DNA from: Octopus vulgaris
Taxonomy: Eukaryota
Reading direction: 5' to 3'
Length of the DNA stretch: 64,000 nt
Assembly: GCA_951406725.2 (NCBI GenBank)
Contig: OX597815.1
Coordinates: 77,438,001-77,502,000, forward strand
A program made the translations under genes and the position numbers. Positions 40,581-53,928 of this stretch are shown here, piece after piece (position 1 is the stretch's first letter; each line of letters starts with the position of its first letter). A model generated the notes under the pieces. The model worked only from the letters and a program-made list of their open reading frames with translations, did no database searches and had not been told where the DNA came from.

Positions 40581-41630
40581 AAAGTGCATGGCCTAGTGGT
40601 TAGGGTGCTGCTCTCATGATCATAAGATTATGGTTTCAATTCCTAGACTGCATGATGCATTGTGTTCTTGAACAAAACACTTCATTTCACATTGCTCCAC
40701 TCCACTATGCTGGTGAAAATGAGCAATCATGCAATGGACTAGCATTCATCCAAGAAGGAACATAAAGACCACAAAATCCCCAAAACTGGCCTTATGATCC
40801 TATGGCTCAGGAAGGAGCTTTGATCTTTTTATTTTTGCCAGATTATAAGCTTACGCATACTGTATGCATTATAGTTTATGCATACTGTATTAAGCTTCAG
40901 TTGATACAAATTGTTTATGAAGTTTGCTCCATAACTATGAAGTCCTCGTTTCAATCTCATAACTTGGAATTTTGGGTAAATAGAATTTTCTATAATTTTG
41001 GGCTGACCAATACCTAGTTAATGAAATTGGTAAACTGAAACTCTGTAGAAGCATGTTGGCTGAACTGTTTTTGTAATTTAAAAGAACAGCCATGTCACAT
41101 ACCATGTGTCATGCTAGTCTGTGGAATACTTAGCCAGTTTCATGTTAATTCAGAAGCAAGTGATTCGGTTGATCAAACAACTGAAACTTCATCTTCGAAT
41201 GAAGATCCACTTCCATTTAGTTTCAAAACATGCTGCTGAATGAAAAGCATAACTTTTAAATAAAAATTTTTAACATTAGAAAGTGCATCCAGTTGTAGAA
41301 ACCATACTAAAGCTGACATTAGGGCCTGATGAAGTTCTGCAGCTCATCAGATCCTATCCAACCCATGTCTACATGGAAAATGGACGATAAATGATGAAGA
41401 TGATAATGATAATGATTCTTGACCAAAATATTTTTACTATAACTACATAGATGAGAGAACAGTAGTATGAACTAATCAGTGTATAATAATGAGTCTAGAA
41501 GTATCAATTGGATGGGTTAAATTAATAAACTAGATAAAACAGTTTGTTTTTATTGCTATATTGCAAAGAGATTCTCCAAAGTATTTCTTATACATGTGTA
41601 TCTAAAGTTCTGTTCTAAGATGACTTCAAT

Positions 41631-41865
41631 TTAACCCTTTGTCCTGTCCTGTCGAATACATGTGGTACTCAGGACAAATTTTCCTGGCATCCATGCATCA
41701 AATACGACACACATTCCCAATTTTTTTCAACTACCACAGTAACATGGGAAAGGAAAGTGTTATATTACTCAGAACATATGAAACAAGGGTTAACTATAAG
41801 TTTGGAAACAAGCATGGACATTTAAGACAAACTTTTAAAAATGCTTTGGACAAGCGAAGGGTTAA
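41631..41865. mobile_element. piggyBac-type MITE
   Basis: TTAA-CCCTTTGTCCTGTCC ... GGACAAGCGAAGGG-TTAA. Confidence 0.72.
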
Positions 41866-43589
41866 GCTTGATTCTAGAAGCTTCAACATAAAAACTAAGA
41901 ATTGAATTCTTCTATATCATCTCTATAAATGAATATATTTCTTTATTGTTTAAGTACCTGTCCTTTTTGTCTTTTTGTAAGAAGCAGTATGAATATTAAT
42001 GTAATTTATCAACTCTGGAATGATGAAAAGCAAATACAACACAAAAGACATTTACAAGCAGATATATTCTAGATACCATATTGAATGCAATTAAGCATGT
42101 TGTCCAGCATGTCACAGCAGTGTCAAGTCACTTAATAGAAGAAGTCACGTTTTTCCTTGTTTTTGGCACATGTTATTCTTTTGCTGATAAACACACCCGT
42201 AGTTCATCTTAATGCTTGTCAAGACCTCTTTATATTTTCAATGATCAAACACACTTATGACAAAGTTTCTAAGTATAACAATTACAACCTTATAACAAAA
42301 CAAATAGTCAATAAAAGACATGAATATTTAATATTCAGTTTCAGCTCTCAATTTTCATACTCATCAAAGTTTCAATCAGAAATCATAATTAATTTTTATG
42401 ATTATGCATCTGAACATCTGGCTATTATTTATTATTTAATTTGTCCAAAACAGTAGCAGTAGCAAAAGATGGCAGACTGACAGAGTTATTAGCACATCAG
42501 GCGAAATGTTTAGTGGCATTTCTCATAGCTTTTTATGTTTTGAGTTCAAATCCTACCAAAGTTAATTTTGCCTTTCATCCTTTTGGGGTTGATAAAATAA
42601 GTACCAGTAAAGTACAGGGATCAATGTAACTGATTTGCCAAATCCCCCCACCAAAATGCTTGTTTTGAATGCTGCAATGGACTGACATCCCATTTAGGAG
42701 GAATGTTGTGACCTCGGTCACTTTGTGCTATGGAAAAGAGGTAACCGACCTTATATGTTTCAGGGCACAAAAAAATTAATAAAATAAACAACAAAAAAAC
42801 AGCAGTAGCAGCAGCAGTAGCTTGAAAAGACATTTTGTTACCATATTACCTTCCTTGGCTAAATAAAAGCTTGTATTCTGTTACCTCTTAAGATAAATAA
42901 GATGCAAGCCGTAAAAGTGTATGAGATGCCATCACCATCTGCAGGACTTGTAGCAGTTCAATAAACAAATCAATAACCAGTCATATTGATACTGCTTATC
43001 CTGTTATAACTTACTGCATTTCCAGCAATGTATTATCCACTGCGGATGTCAAACAACAATGGCTGCCAACTTTATATCTAGGTATGTTGATAAGATAGAA
43101 AAGGAAAGATAAAAGAAAAAAGAAAAAGAAATGAACTATGGAGACATAAACATACAAGTACAAACACACATATGGTTTATGCTAACTACGAATATGTATT
43201 TGAAGCCCTTCTAACAGGTCAAATCTATAAATACGTTTCAAATGCTGCAACCATAAATACATGCATACACATATATATATATATATAGGCATACCGGTGC
43301 ATACATTGTGGTTATATATAATCTTCCTGTTCACACACACACATGCCAATATATACATACACACAGTTATATAATTAAATAAATATGTGTATGTGTGTGT
43401 GTGTGTGTTCATGCGTGCATGTATTTGTGACTGGCAATGCCCCAGCATGGCCATACCCTTTGAATTGAAATGCATAAAAAATAAATGATTAAAAGAAATA
43501 TATATATATATATATATGTATGTATGTGTGTATGTATGTATGTATGTATGTATGTATGTATGTATGTATGTATGTATGTATGTATGTAT

Positions 43590-43975
43590 GGTTTCCAACA
43601 AATTTGAAGACTACTACATTTCACAAATACATGTCTCCATCTATTTTTATCATTTCCAGTAAGGTTTATTGTGGTCCAGTTGTTATGGTTTCATCTATAT
43701 GCAATGTTTCCCTCTCCATCTTCATTTAGGGTCATCATGGTTCTTTTAACCTTCAACCAATCGCTCAAAGCATTTCCTGCATAGGCCTTTAGTGGATTCT
43801 CTTTATGTACTCAACAATTTTTTAGATGTTGATGGAGATAAGGCTGGGTATAACTTGAAGGTCAGTGTGGCATAGCATTGATGGTCAGTTAGATTATAGC
43901 CTGCTGTAAGATGCATAACATGACATTGAGAGGCCTCCAAATTACAAATGAGTTTATCATTCTTTCTTTCTTTCC

Positions 43976-44030
<55 letters not shown>

Positions 44031-44488
44031 TGTATAAAGATATAGTCCTTTATTCCTTTATTCAATGCAATTTTGAAGAGTTGTGGGATCTCAGCCACAG
44101 AGAATGGCATCTCATACCTGTGAAGATGGTAATGGATTTGTACGCATCGCTTCCCAGGTGCATTGAAGCAATTGTTCAATCTAAGGAAAGCCACATGAAA
44201 TATTAACAATGTAAAATAACTTTTTGAAATGAACATTATGTAATAAATTTTCATTATAGACATTTTTCTGTTTTAAAACATTATATCTTGACTTTTGGTG
44301 GTCATCTCACATCTTCCTCTCTTATTCAGAACCTCTACTACAAAATATAATGATTAATTATGGAAATGACTCCAATGGGACCAATGTTTCATCTGTAAAA
44401 AATGCAATGTGAAACATCCACTTATACGTTGGTAATTAGTAGAAATTTACAATAGTTTAAAGTGGCCAAAGACTTTTGCATGGTACTG
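43590..44488 (-). mobile_element. Degenerate Tc1-like element (5' TIR plus transposase traces)
   Basis: Terminus TA|CAGTACCATGCAAAAGTCTTTGGCCA on the minus strand; weak traces FSVAEI (HTH-like) and HNNWT..WRHVF. Confidence 0.4.
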
Positions 44489-46378
44489 TAGATAGAAGGA
44501 CAGGAATTGGTGTCTTACTGTAGAGAAGATGCATGGCTACCCTAGCTGGAAAAGAAGGACAGTGGAGGTGAGATATCAGGGTGTACCCTTAAGGTCATCA
44601 CCATCATCATCAGTACTGTTTTATGTCTCTTTTTCCATGCTGGCATGGATTTGATAGATCACACACCTTTTCATCAGTCACTTTGGTATATGTCAACTTG
44701 CACAAAGAAAACTAGCCACTTTCTTCTATATGTCTTAGAGTGTGACCTGAGTGCATTTTACAGTACTCCTGGTGCCAGAGGATTTGTCCCATGTGAAGCT
44801 ATGGAGAACTAAACTCCTCCCCTCCATAGTAGTTATTGCTTTCCTAGATGATAGCTTGTAATTCACTTTTCATACATTGCTTTTGTGAGTGAGCATGAAG
44901 GCCAAACATAAAGCATACAGAACAACCTACTAAGAAGTTGATGGTTCATATTGATTCATTAGTTCTGTAATGTGTCTGTGAAAGAGTATTTAATTTTCAA
45001 TGACTCCTGTATGCAGTTGTAGTACTGTAAGAAATTTTGGCGTGTAATATTACAAAATAGTATTTCCCATGGAAAAACAAACCTGCGACTGATAGCTTTT
45101 TTTTTTTTATCAAAGGAAAGAGATTTGCTTAGAGATAAGCACTCAAAAAGGAAATATACATGGGACAAGGTGGTTAAGTCTGATTTTAGAATACCAAATC
45201 TCATGGAAGAAATGACAAAGGACTGTTATGATTGGTGACATGTAGCCCTTGAGGCACCTGTAGATGCATGGTGAAATGGATGTTTAAATGGTGGTAATTA
45301 TGGAGGTTGGAAAGTATAATACAATATACATATATGTTTGAGAGGTAATATTTATCTCCACTTAAACATGGATGTTCTGTTAGGACAAACTATAATGTGG
45401 AAGAGAACCTGAAAGAAACTCTCACATTGACCTTTGGTGCAAAACACACTTGTTTATTTCACTAGCAGGGAAATAAATCCTTGCCATTTCCATCGCTGAG
45501 ACCACTGGATCAACACCAGATTGCATGATTTCAGCCTTCCTTGGTCTTGTCAAAGATGGATGGGCAACCGTTGGAGATAGTGACTCATCTTCCCACCAGC
45601 AATATATAGAACAACAGTTCCAGAACAGATGCTGGTGTTGCAATTAGCCAGTAAGCTTAATGTGTCCCTATTATGTCTCCATCTGTTTTCCACAGCCTCT
45701 TTAATACCTTCTTATTTCTATCTCTTTCTTATCTTCATTATATTATACTCCCTATATGTATACATGTGTACATCTTTTGTTTGTCACCTTTCACTGCTGG
45801 ACAACTGGTGTTGGTTTGTTTACGTACCTGTAAACTAGTGGTTTGGCAAAAGAGACCAATAAAATTAGTACCAGACTTAAAGAAAAAAAAATACTGAGGT
45901 TGATTTGTGAAACTGAACCCTTCAAGGTGGTGCCCCAGTATGGCTGCTGTCCGATGATTGAAGCAAGTAAAAGATAAAGATGAAAAATAGTGCATACACA
46001 TACCACATACACACATGTGCAAATAACACATATAATTACGCTTTTACATGTTTACACATATTTGCCTTAGCCAATTATATTAAAGAAAAGATATGGCAAT
46101 CCTTCAAACTATTTAGGTTCATGCTGAGATAGCAAAGTCAATTTTTATTGGATTAATCACAGACAAAGACATTGTCCATAGATAATCATATCTGTGGTTT
46201 CCATATGTGGCATAAGTGCATTTGGCAATGGTGATTATGGTGGTGGTGGTGAGGAGGATCAAATGTCTTTCATTAAAGTCCGAGGATATCTAAAGCCTAG
46301 TGAGTGGATCTGATAGACAGAAACTGAAAGAAGCCTGTTATGCATACATACGTACATACATAATGCATTATATATATG

Positions 46379-46450
<72 letters not shown>

Positions 46451-46452
<2 letters not shown>

Positions 46453-46664
46453 GGGTGGTCCAAAAGTCAAGCACCAAAATATGTTCAACATGCTGTGGAA
46501 TTATTAAAGATATGTTCCAATTTTTCTAAAATTGAATAAAATAAATAAAATCATGATGAATACACACCTACTTGTGCATGACAAACAAAATGAATAGTAA
46601 CAATAACAAAAACATAATACAAAAAATGTTCAGTGTTATGGTGCATCACTTTTGACCCACCCTC
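46451..46664. mobile_element. Tc1/mariner-type MITE
   Basis: AGGGTGGTCCAAAAGTCAAGCACCA ... TGGTGCATCACTTTTGACCCACCCT in a TA-rich context. Confidence 0.75.
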
Positions 46665-46721
46665 TCTATAAATATATACATTTATTTACATATACATATA
46701 CATATATATATTTATGTGTAT

Positions 46722-46754
<33 letters not shown>

Positions 46755-46877
46755 CATATATATACATACATACATATAATAATAATGAAATTATTGTATA
46801 TATATATATACATATATAAGAAGATAAGAAAATAGAGAGATAATTAATAATTATTTATTAATTGAAAAGTTAGACAT

Positions 46878-46960
46878 CATCTGACAGCTGTCTCAATTCC
46901 AGACCTTTATAAATTAAATACCATAATTAAAACCATTTAAAAGTTGAATCTCATCAGAGT
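46878..46960 (-). ncRNA. Degenerate Penelope-type minimal hammerhead ribozyme motif
   Basis: Minus strand: CTGATGA-GATTC..long AT loop..GAATT-GAGA-C-AGCT-GTC. Palindromic stem-III loop; GAAA is mutated to GAGA and stem I is weak. Confidence 0.5.
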
Positions 46961-47168
46961 TGGCTAAAGATATACAATTAGGTATTCATATTCCTGCTCC
47001 AAACCATTAACTGATAAAATTTATGTATAAAGAACATGGTATAAACCTAGCAAAGGGGAGGAATGTAGTATATTTATTGGAGTTATAATAAAGGTAAGAA
47101 CAGAGCAATATATCATTCTAGGGTGTTGAATAAAAGAAATTGCGAAAGTAGGTATATGAGTATAATTG

Positions 47169-47195
<27 letters not shown>

Positions 47196-47201
<6 letters not shown>

Positions 47202-47512
47202 ATTAAGGGTTTAGCAACAAGTTGCTTCACCACATACTGAAAATTTAGAAATAGCAGCCAAAGACAGCTAATTCTTTTAACTACAAATATGACTCCATAG
47301 ACAACAATATTTGTAACTCACATAGACAAAAAGAAGAAAAAATAACGACTGTTTGATTTCGTTATTTTTTTTTCTTTTTGCCTATGTGAGTTACAAATAT
47401 TGTTGTCTAAATGGAGTCATATTTGTAGTTAAAAGAATTAGCTGTCTTTGGCTGCTATTTCTAAATTTTCGGTATGTGGCGAAGCAAATTGTTGCTAAAC
47501 CCTTAATTATAT
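47196..47512. repeat. Near-perfect long inverted repeat (~153-bp arms, 10-nt spacer)
   Basis: 47196-47348 vs 47359-47512: a handful of substitutions (some at CpG) and one 2-nt indel. Confidence 0.95.
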
Positions 47513-47638
47513 GTTTATAATTATGCATAAAAAAACTTTTTTTATAAGTTTTTACCGATAATGGTTTTTTCCATACCGAAACTACTTGGTAAAATTTATT
47601 AATCATTAAATTAATAATTCTTTACTCTATATCTGTAA

Positions 47639-47698
<60 letters not shown>

Positions 47699-48399
47699 TA
47701 TGAATATATATATACTTGTTTATCTCATGCAAATATGATAAAAATGGGATCAATTGATTAACTTGATTAAGTTGCTTAATCATAGCTTTCTATCATTTTG
47801 GAATTAGCATTTCTTACTGCAGGGGAACAGAAAATAGAACATGAAATTGATACTTTTTTCCCAAAGCAATGACAGACATGAAAGAAAATGATGATTCAAT
47901 TATGGAATGGAAATCAAATTACAGAATTGGTTCTATTGACAGCTTACTATGACTCTCATCCATTCATCTCTATATTGTCTATTTCGCTTCTAGAATTTGA
48001 TGTATAGCAATTATAGTAAACACGTGGAACGGCATGAAATAACACAATGAATTTCCTAACCTATTTCCCATTAATTCAAATATATAGACACACACACACA
48101 CATTTCTATAGGCGGGGTGGGCAGGTCATATTTGTCTCTCCTTGTCTTGCATCATACAATAGTAGTAAACAAATGTTACCATATAAGTGGTGTCCCTTGT
48201 TTCCAGTCTTCTGTATAGACATGATCTGGCTATGAAGGAAGATTACTTTGCTCAGAAACGAGTGATGGTTAATGACAGGAAATGCATCCAGCCATAGAAA
48301 AATCTACTTTAACAAATTCTGTCTGAACCAGGAAAACATGGAAAAGTGGATTTTAAAATAATGATGATGATGATGATGATGACAACAACAACGATGACA

Positions 48400-48436
<37 letters not shown>

Positions 48437-48962
48437 CGATGATGACAAGTCAAACACCTTATCTTTCCTAACACTGTTGGCTTCAGAATAAGACTGCAAA
48501 TAATATTTTCTCTTATTTCTGTCATGTAGAATGAAGCAAGCTTTAGAATATTGATACTAACTAGAATATATGTTAACTAAACTGCTGTGAAAATTCATTG
48601 AAGAGAACCGCACAGAAAGATTAAACTAATCTTGGCTATGGATTAAGAGACAACTTCTTATGACAATTAATCGTATTACTTCTAACCATGCTAAGAAGAT
48701 AAATTGTCTTTAACAATAAAGCTCAAACATCAACTGGTAACATCTTTCTGACCAGTGGGATGTTTTCTGACCCTTATATATTATTTACACACACACACAC
48801 ACACCTGCATGCACGCACAGACACATACACACACACACACACACACAGATACAGATACATACATACACCCATGCATGCATACATACATAAAGACATACAT
48901 ACATACATACATAGTGGACATTAAATAATGATGATGATATATATGTGTTTGTGAGTGTGTGT

Positions 48963-49100
<138 letters not shown>

Positions 49101-49285
49101 TAGACAGATAGACCGACACACAGACAGAAAGATATAATGCACTCTGCATGACTTAATGATTTAGAGCTCAGCATATTAATAGTGCAGTCCAATATCTGCA
49201 TCTTTAAATTGCATTGTCTACAGTGCAGACATACCCTGAAGAGGTAGGCAGTACAGCTGGTGTGCATTAGAAAATGTAGTGCTTT

Positions 49286-49322
<37 letters not shown>

Positions 49323-50145
49323 ATGAATTTTCAGTCATGTAGCAGAATGAATGTTATTCTTCTTTTAAATTCTGTCTGCAAAAATGCTAATCACTGTCAA
49401 CAGAAAACCTCTGGTGCCAGAGAAGTAATAAAAATAAGAATTATTTATCCACCTTTCTGGTGCTGAATACTAATTCTTACAGTTCATTACAAGTGTGTGT
49501 GTGTGTGTGTGTGCTTGTATGTGTGTGTGCATGTGTGTGTTTATGTGAGTGGGTGAGTATGTGTGTGTGTTTATGTGAGTGTGTATGTGTGTGTATTTGT
49601 GTGTATGTGTGTTTGTGTTTGTGTGAGTATGTGTATGTGCATGTTTATGTGTGTGTGTTTTCATATGTGTTTATGTGTGTGTGTATGAGTATGTTTGTGT
49701 GTGTTTATGTCTGCATTGATGTGTATGGGGGTGTGAGTGGGTGTTGAAACAAAGTGTTATTGTAAGAGGAAAGATAGAGATATAAAGTAGAAAAGGAAGT
49801 TATGAATTTTGAGAAGTGTAGATAAAATTACAGGTATTAGGAAATCAATATCTTTCTTTTTGTCAGACAGATCAAAAAATAAATAGATATATGCATAGTT
49901 ATATAAATAGACAGAACTATAGATAAATAGGTAGCTATAAATTTAGATATATAATTTATATTCTCATGGGACTGATTGTTTTACAGATTTTTCAACCTTT
50001 CTATATCTCACCACCTATGTCATAAATCATTGTTGTAGCAGTCCCAGGTCAAATCTGATCAAGTAATCTAATGATCAAATGTTGTCTAGCTGTAACTATA
50101 CCATCTTTTCAGAAAATATTTTATATGCAACTGCATTATTCAATA

Positions 50146-50641
50146 CTAGCAGTATCGCCCGGCATTGCTCGGGTTTGTAAGGGAAATAACTATATAAGCA
50201 TTTTTAGAGAGTTACTTCCCTTATAGATGTCAATTCGGGCTTTCTTAGCCATTTCTGTTTTGGTGTCTTCAAGCCATGAAGTCGTTGTTCTAAAAGAACG
50301 CTGGTCTCCTTGACAATGCATTACGACGTTGATTTCTTTACACTCCCTTCCCCATAGCTTCACAAGGGAGGGAAGGGGGAGAAGCAAACAGGTGCAGCTG
50401 TGAGCGTGGACGCCAACTCCGCCGCCATCGACACACGAAAAATTATGCATTAAAATGGAATAAAAAATGATGTTAAATTATTTTTAAAATCGTAGACTCA
50501 TCGTTGATGCGCGCTAATACTCAGACGGGCTCGATATGAATCACAACTATAAGATACCCGAATTTGGTTAAACTGCACATGTGGGAGGAGTTAGGAATCT
50601 AAATCGAAGGGGACAGACACTCACACAACTAGATATATAGA
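50146..50641 (-). mobile_element. Non-autonomous Helitron, copy 3
   Basis: Same family as 34696-35621. A|TC start, hairpin plus CTAG|T end; interrupts an older repeat (CAATA|TATCTTCC). Confidence 0.87.
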
Positions 50642-51650
50642 TATCTTCCCATTTTGAAAGACAATAACATAGAATTTGAAGTAGATTTGGTTGGTTTTTG
50701 CTTCAAGATTGAGTGATTATGTAGAGGCTCCTTCATTTACTTGTTATCTAATGAATAGAGAAGTCATCTGTTATCAACCAGACAGCATTTACCCTTTCTC
50801 ACTCAATGTCAAAACCTGTATAAGAAGGGTCTTCTTTAGATTAGTAGATAAGCATTTCATGCAATCCCATAAGTATGGATAACTATTTAATAGATACAAC
50901 TTAAAGGTCTCATCCAGCTGTGTGCCCAGTATGAAAAAGATTTTAGTGAATGCCCCTAAACTCAACACAGGGACAGGATTCTCATGTAGGACTAACAGTG
51001 AGAGCCCAGTAGGTGGTTGATGCAACTCCAAGGCTATGGTCTATGAGGCAGAGGTGGTGGCTGGCAGTAGTGGCAACAACAGTAGCAGTAGCAGCAACAA
51101 CAGCAGCACCAACAATGTAAGGACACATACATGGAAATATGTTGGAGTAACAGAGGCCTCTTGAAGCTGTGACTAAATAATCACAGGTCTTCTTTTAAGA
51201 TCCTGGAGAGGCACAACATAATAGAATTGGCCAGCTACATATGTTGTTTAAAAGCAGAGAGAAAGCCACACAGGATTAAATAGGAGCTCCAAGAACAGCC
51301 TAGGCCACACCTCAATAGGAACAGACAGTGCAAATTTTACTTGGTCAAGATGACAAGGATCCTAAATATTTCTCTTGATTGAGGCATCTTCTTAAATTCA
51401 AGAAAGGAAATTTTTAGTCAGTGCCCATATGATAGAAAATTCATGTTGAAAACACGGGCTTCCCCACTTGCTGACTAGCGAATAGAAAATGCACACAAAC
51501 TGACCATGAAATCAATGGTAACTTTCTGACTGGCAATAACTAATGACTACATAAAATATTACTGCTCCAAAAATTTATTTTAAAGTGTGCTTCATTTTGG
51601 ACTTATGGACAACTGACTGAATACACACACACACATACACACACACAAAC

Positions 51651-52164
51651 CAAGGAGTAATTCACTTTGAAATGTTACCACCTAATGCAGCAAACAACGC
51701 TCAAGTCTGCTGTCAGCAATTAGAGCATTTGAACCAAGCTTTGAAGAAAAAAAGACCCGCTTTAGTAAATCAAAAAGGAATGATGTTTCATCAGGACAAT
51801 GCGTGACCCCACACTGCAAAGATCACGTCAGAGAAGATCGAAGAGCTTGGTTGGGAAAAAATTCCCCATTCTCCTTATTCTCCCAACGTTGCTCTTTAGC
51901 CTACCATTTGTTTTATAGTTTACAGAATCATTTGGGGGACATAACTTTCACAAGCCAGGAGAGGTCGAAACTGACATTTCAGAGTTCTTCGCTTTGAAAC
52001 CAAAAGAGTTTTACATTGATGGGATTAAAAAACTTGTAAATAGATGGAAGGAAGTCATAGATAATCAGGGAAAGTACTTTGATGATTAAATTTAAATTTA
52101 ATATAACATTTGATCACTTGTTTTCTTTATTCAAAATTCGGACAGAACTTATGGAATGACCTGA
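51651..52164 (+). mobile_element. mariner transposase pseudogene, 3' half plus TIR
   Basis: QGVIHFEMLP..QQLEHLNQALKKKRPALVNQKGMMFHQDNA*PHTAK..LGWEKIPHSPYSPN..YHLF..GIKKLVNRWKEVIDNQGKYFDD*; ends GGACAGAACTTATGGAATGACCTGA|TA. Confidence 0.9.
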
Positions 52165-52269
52165 TAGATATATGAAACAATAGGGATGATGAAAATGATG
52201 ATGATGATGATAATGATGACGAGGTGATGGAGGAGAAATATATATACACACACATATCTATATATATAC

Positions 52270-52303
<34 letters not shown>

Positions 52304-53513
52304 GGAGAGAGGGAGAGAGGGAGAGAGGGAGAGATAGAGAGATACATACATGTACATACATGCATACATACATACATACATACTTATATGACTGTTTGTC
52401 TCTTATTCCCCTCATTCCATTCGTGCTATTTTACCTACCTATATATATATATATATATGTATGTATATATATATATATATATATAGATACACACACATAC
52501 ACATATATATAAAACCATGGACAGAATGTGTATCATAATTTATGATTTATTGTTCAAGTCATTTCATTTCCTGTATGTTGCTAATATAGAGCAAAGCATG
52601 AATCATGATGGTCGTTATCATCACCCGCCACCCCTACCCACCCCACCGCCACGCCACTGCCACCACCACCAGCAACAGTAAAAACAATACCAGCAGCAGC
52701 AACAGCAGCAGCAGCATGAACGTTGTTTATAAACCTATAGATTTGTACATAATCAAGAGAAGAAATCAATATATTTGCACAAACCTAAAATGGAATCCTG
52801 AGACAAGTACAAGTGACCTTGTATATGCATCCATGTTTTTACACTAATTAAGCAAGAGGCCATATTTCATCAATACTAATAAAACAAAAAGTATTTGGAG
52901 CAGTGATCATAAATTAAAAGGCTACTAACTAGTTGAGTACAACGCAATCAACTGGTTAGCTGATTACATTGTAATATAGAATATAGTCTAGTAAACTATA
53001 TCATTACTATCTTGCTCCCCACCCCACCAACTACTCTCTTATTCATTCCGGTATCCACCCCATCTCATGACTCATTGGTCATCACCCTTCAACTCTACCA
53101 ATGCCTTTTACAGTTGAAGGCTGCTTCTCCCATCCTTTCATCCCCTACTCCCCATAGAATCTTCCAAACTGCCCATCCACTCACTTCTCCTCGCCTTGAT
53201 GGGCCACTTGGACACCTCATCTCAACTCTCTATCTCTTTGCAGTTTCCACTGATCATTCTCTCCCTCCTCTGCTAAACAGAAGTAGCTCTGCAGCTCTTC
53301 TATAAGAACCTGTTTTACACCCCCTGCACACACACCATCTTTCATACTCCAACCCTTCATCCCCTGCATAAAACTGACCCCCACCTTCCTTGGAGTTCAT
53401 AGTCTAGCAAGCTGCATGGCAACCTCCATAGTGCTCACAGCACAAAACAAAAGCACTTAGTTCATGCTGTAAAGCGGTTGGTGTTAGGAAAGGCATCCAG
53501 TCATAGAAACCAC

Positions 53514-53598
53514 GGGCATATGGTGTAGTGGTTAAAAGCGCGGGCTACTAACCCCAAGATTCCAAGTTCAATTCCAGGCAGTGACCTGAATAATAATG

Positions 53599-53647
<49 letters not shown>

Positions 53648-53882
53648 GGCATGATAAAAAAATATTCAGACAAATACATAACAAAAACACCAGGACTTAC
53701 AAACACATATAACATACAGAAAATTGCACTACTAGGCACTGCACACATCCTACGCAGAACACTTTCCATACAATAACCATCAGAGCATCACAACAAATCA
53801 CAGCACATACCCAAGGCACACAGAGCTGCGCTCGGTAGTGAAGTGAAAGCACGCTATAAAAATAAAACTACTGATAAAACTA

Positions 53883-53928
<46 letters not shown>

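Noticed and set aside
45470-45655. Short open frame ending near a GTAAG motif, considered as the next Syt exon
   Set aside because: No similarity to the C2B start (RGELL.SLCY); ends in a stop and lies beside RTE debris.
53514-53586. Functional tRNA gene
   Set aside because: The acceptor stem does not pair, the B-box is mutated and it is fused to a repeat body; it is a SINE head.
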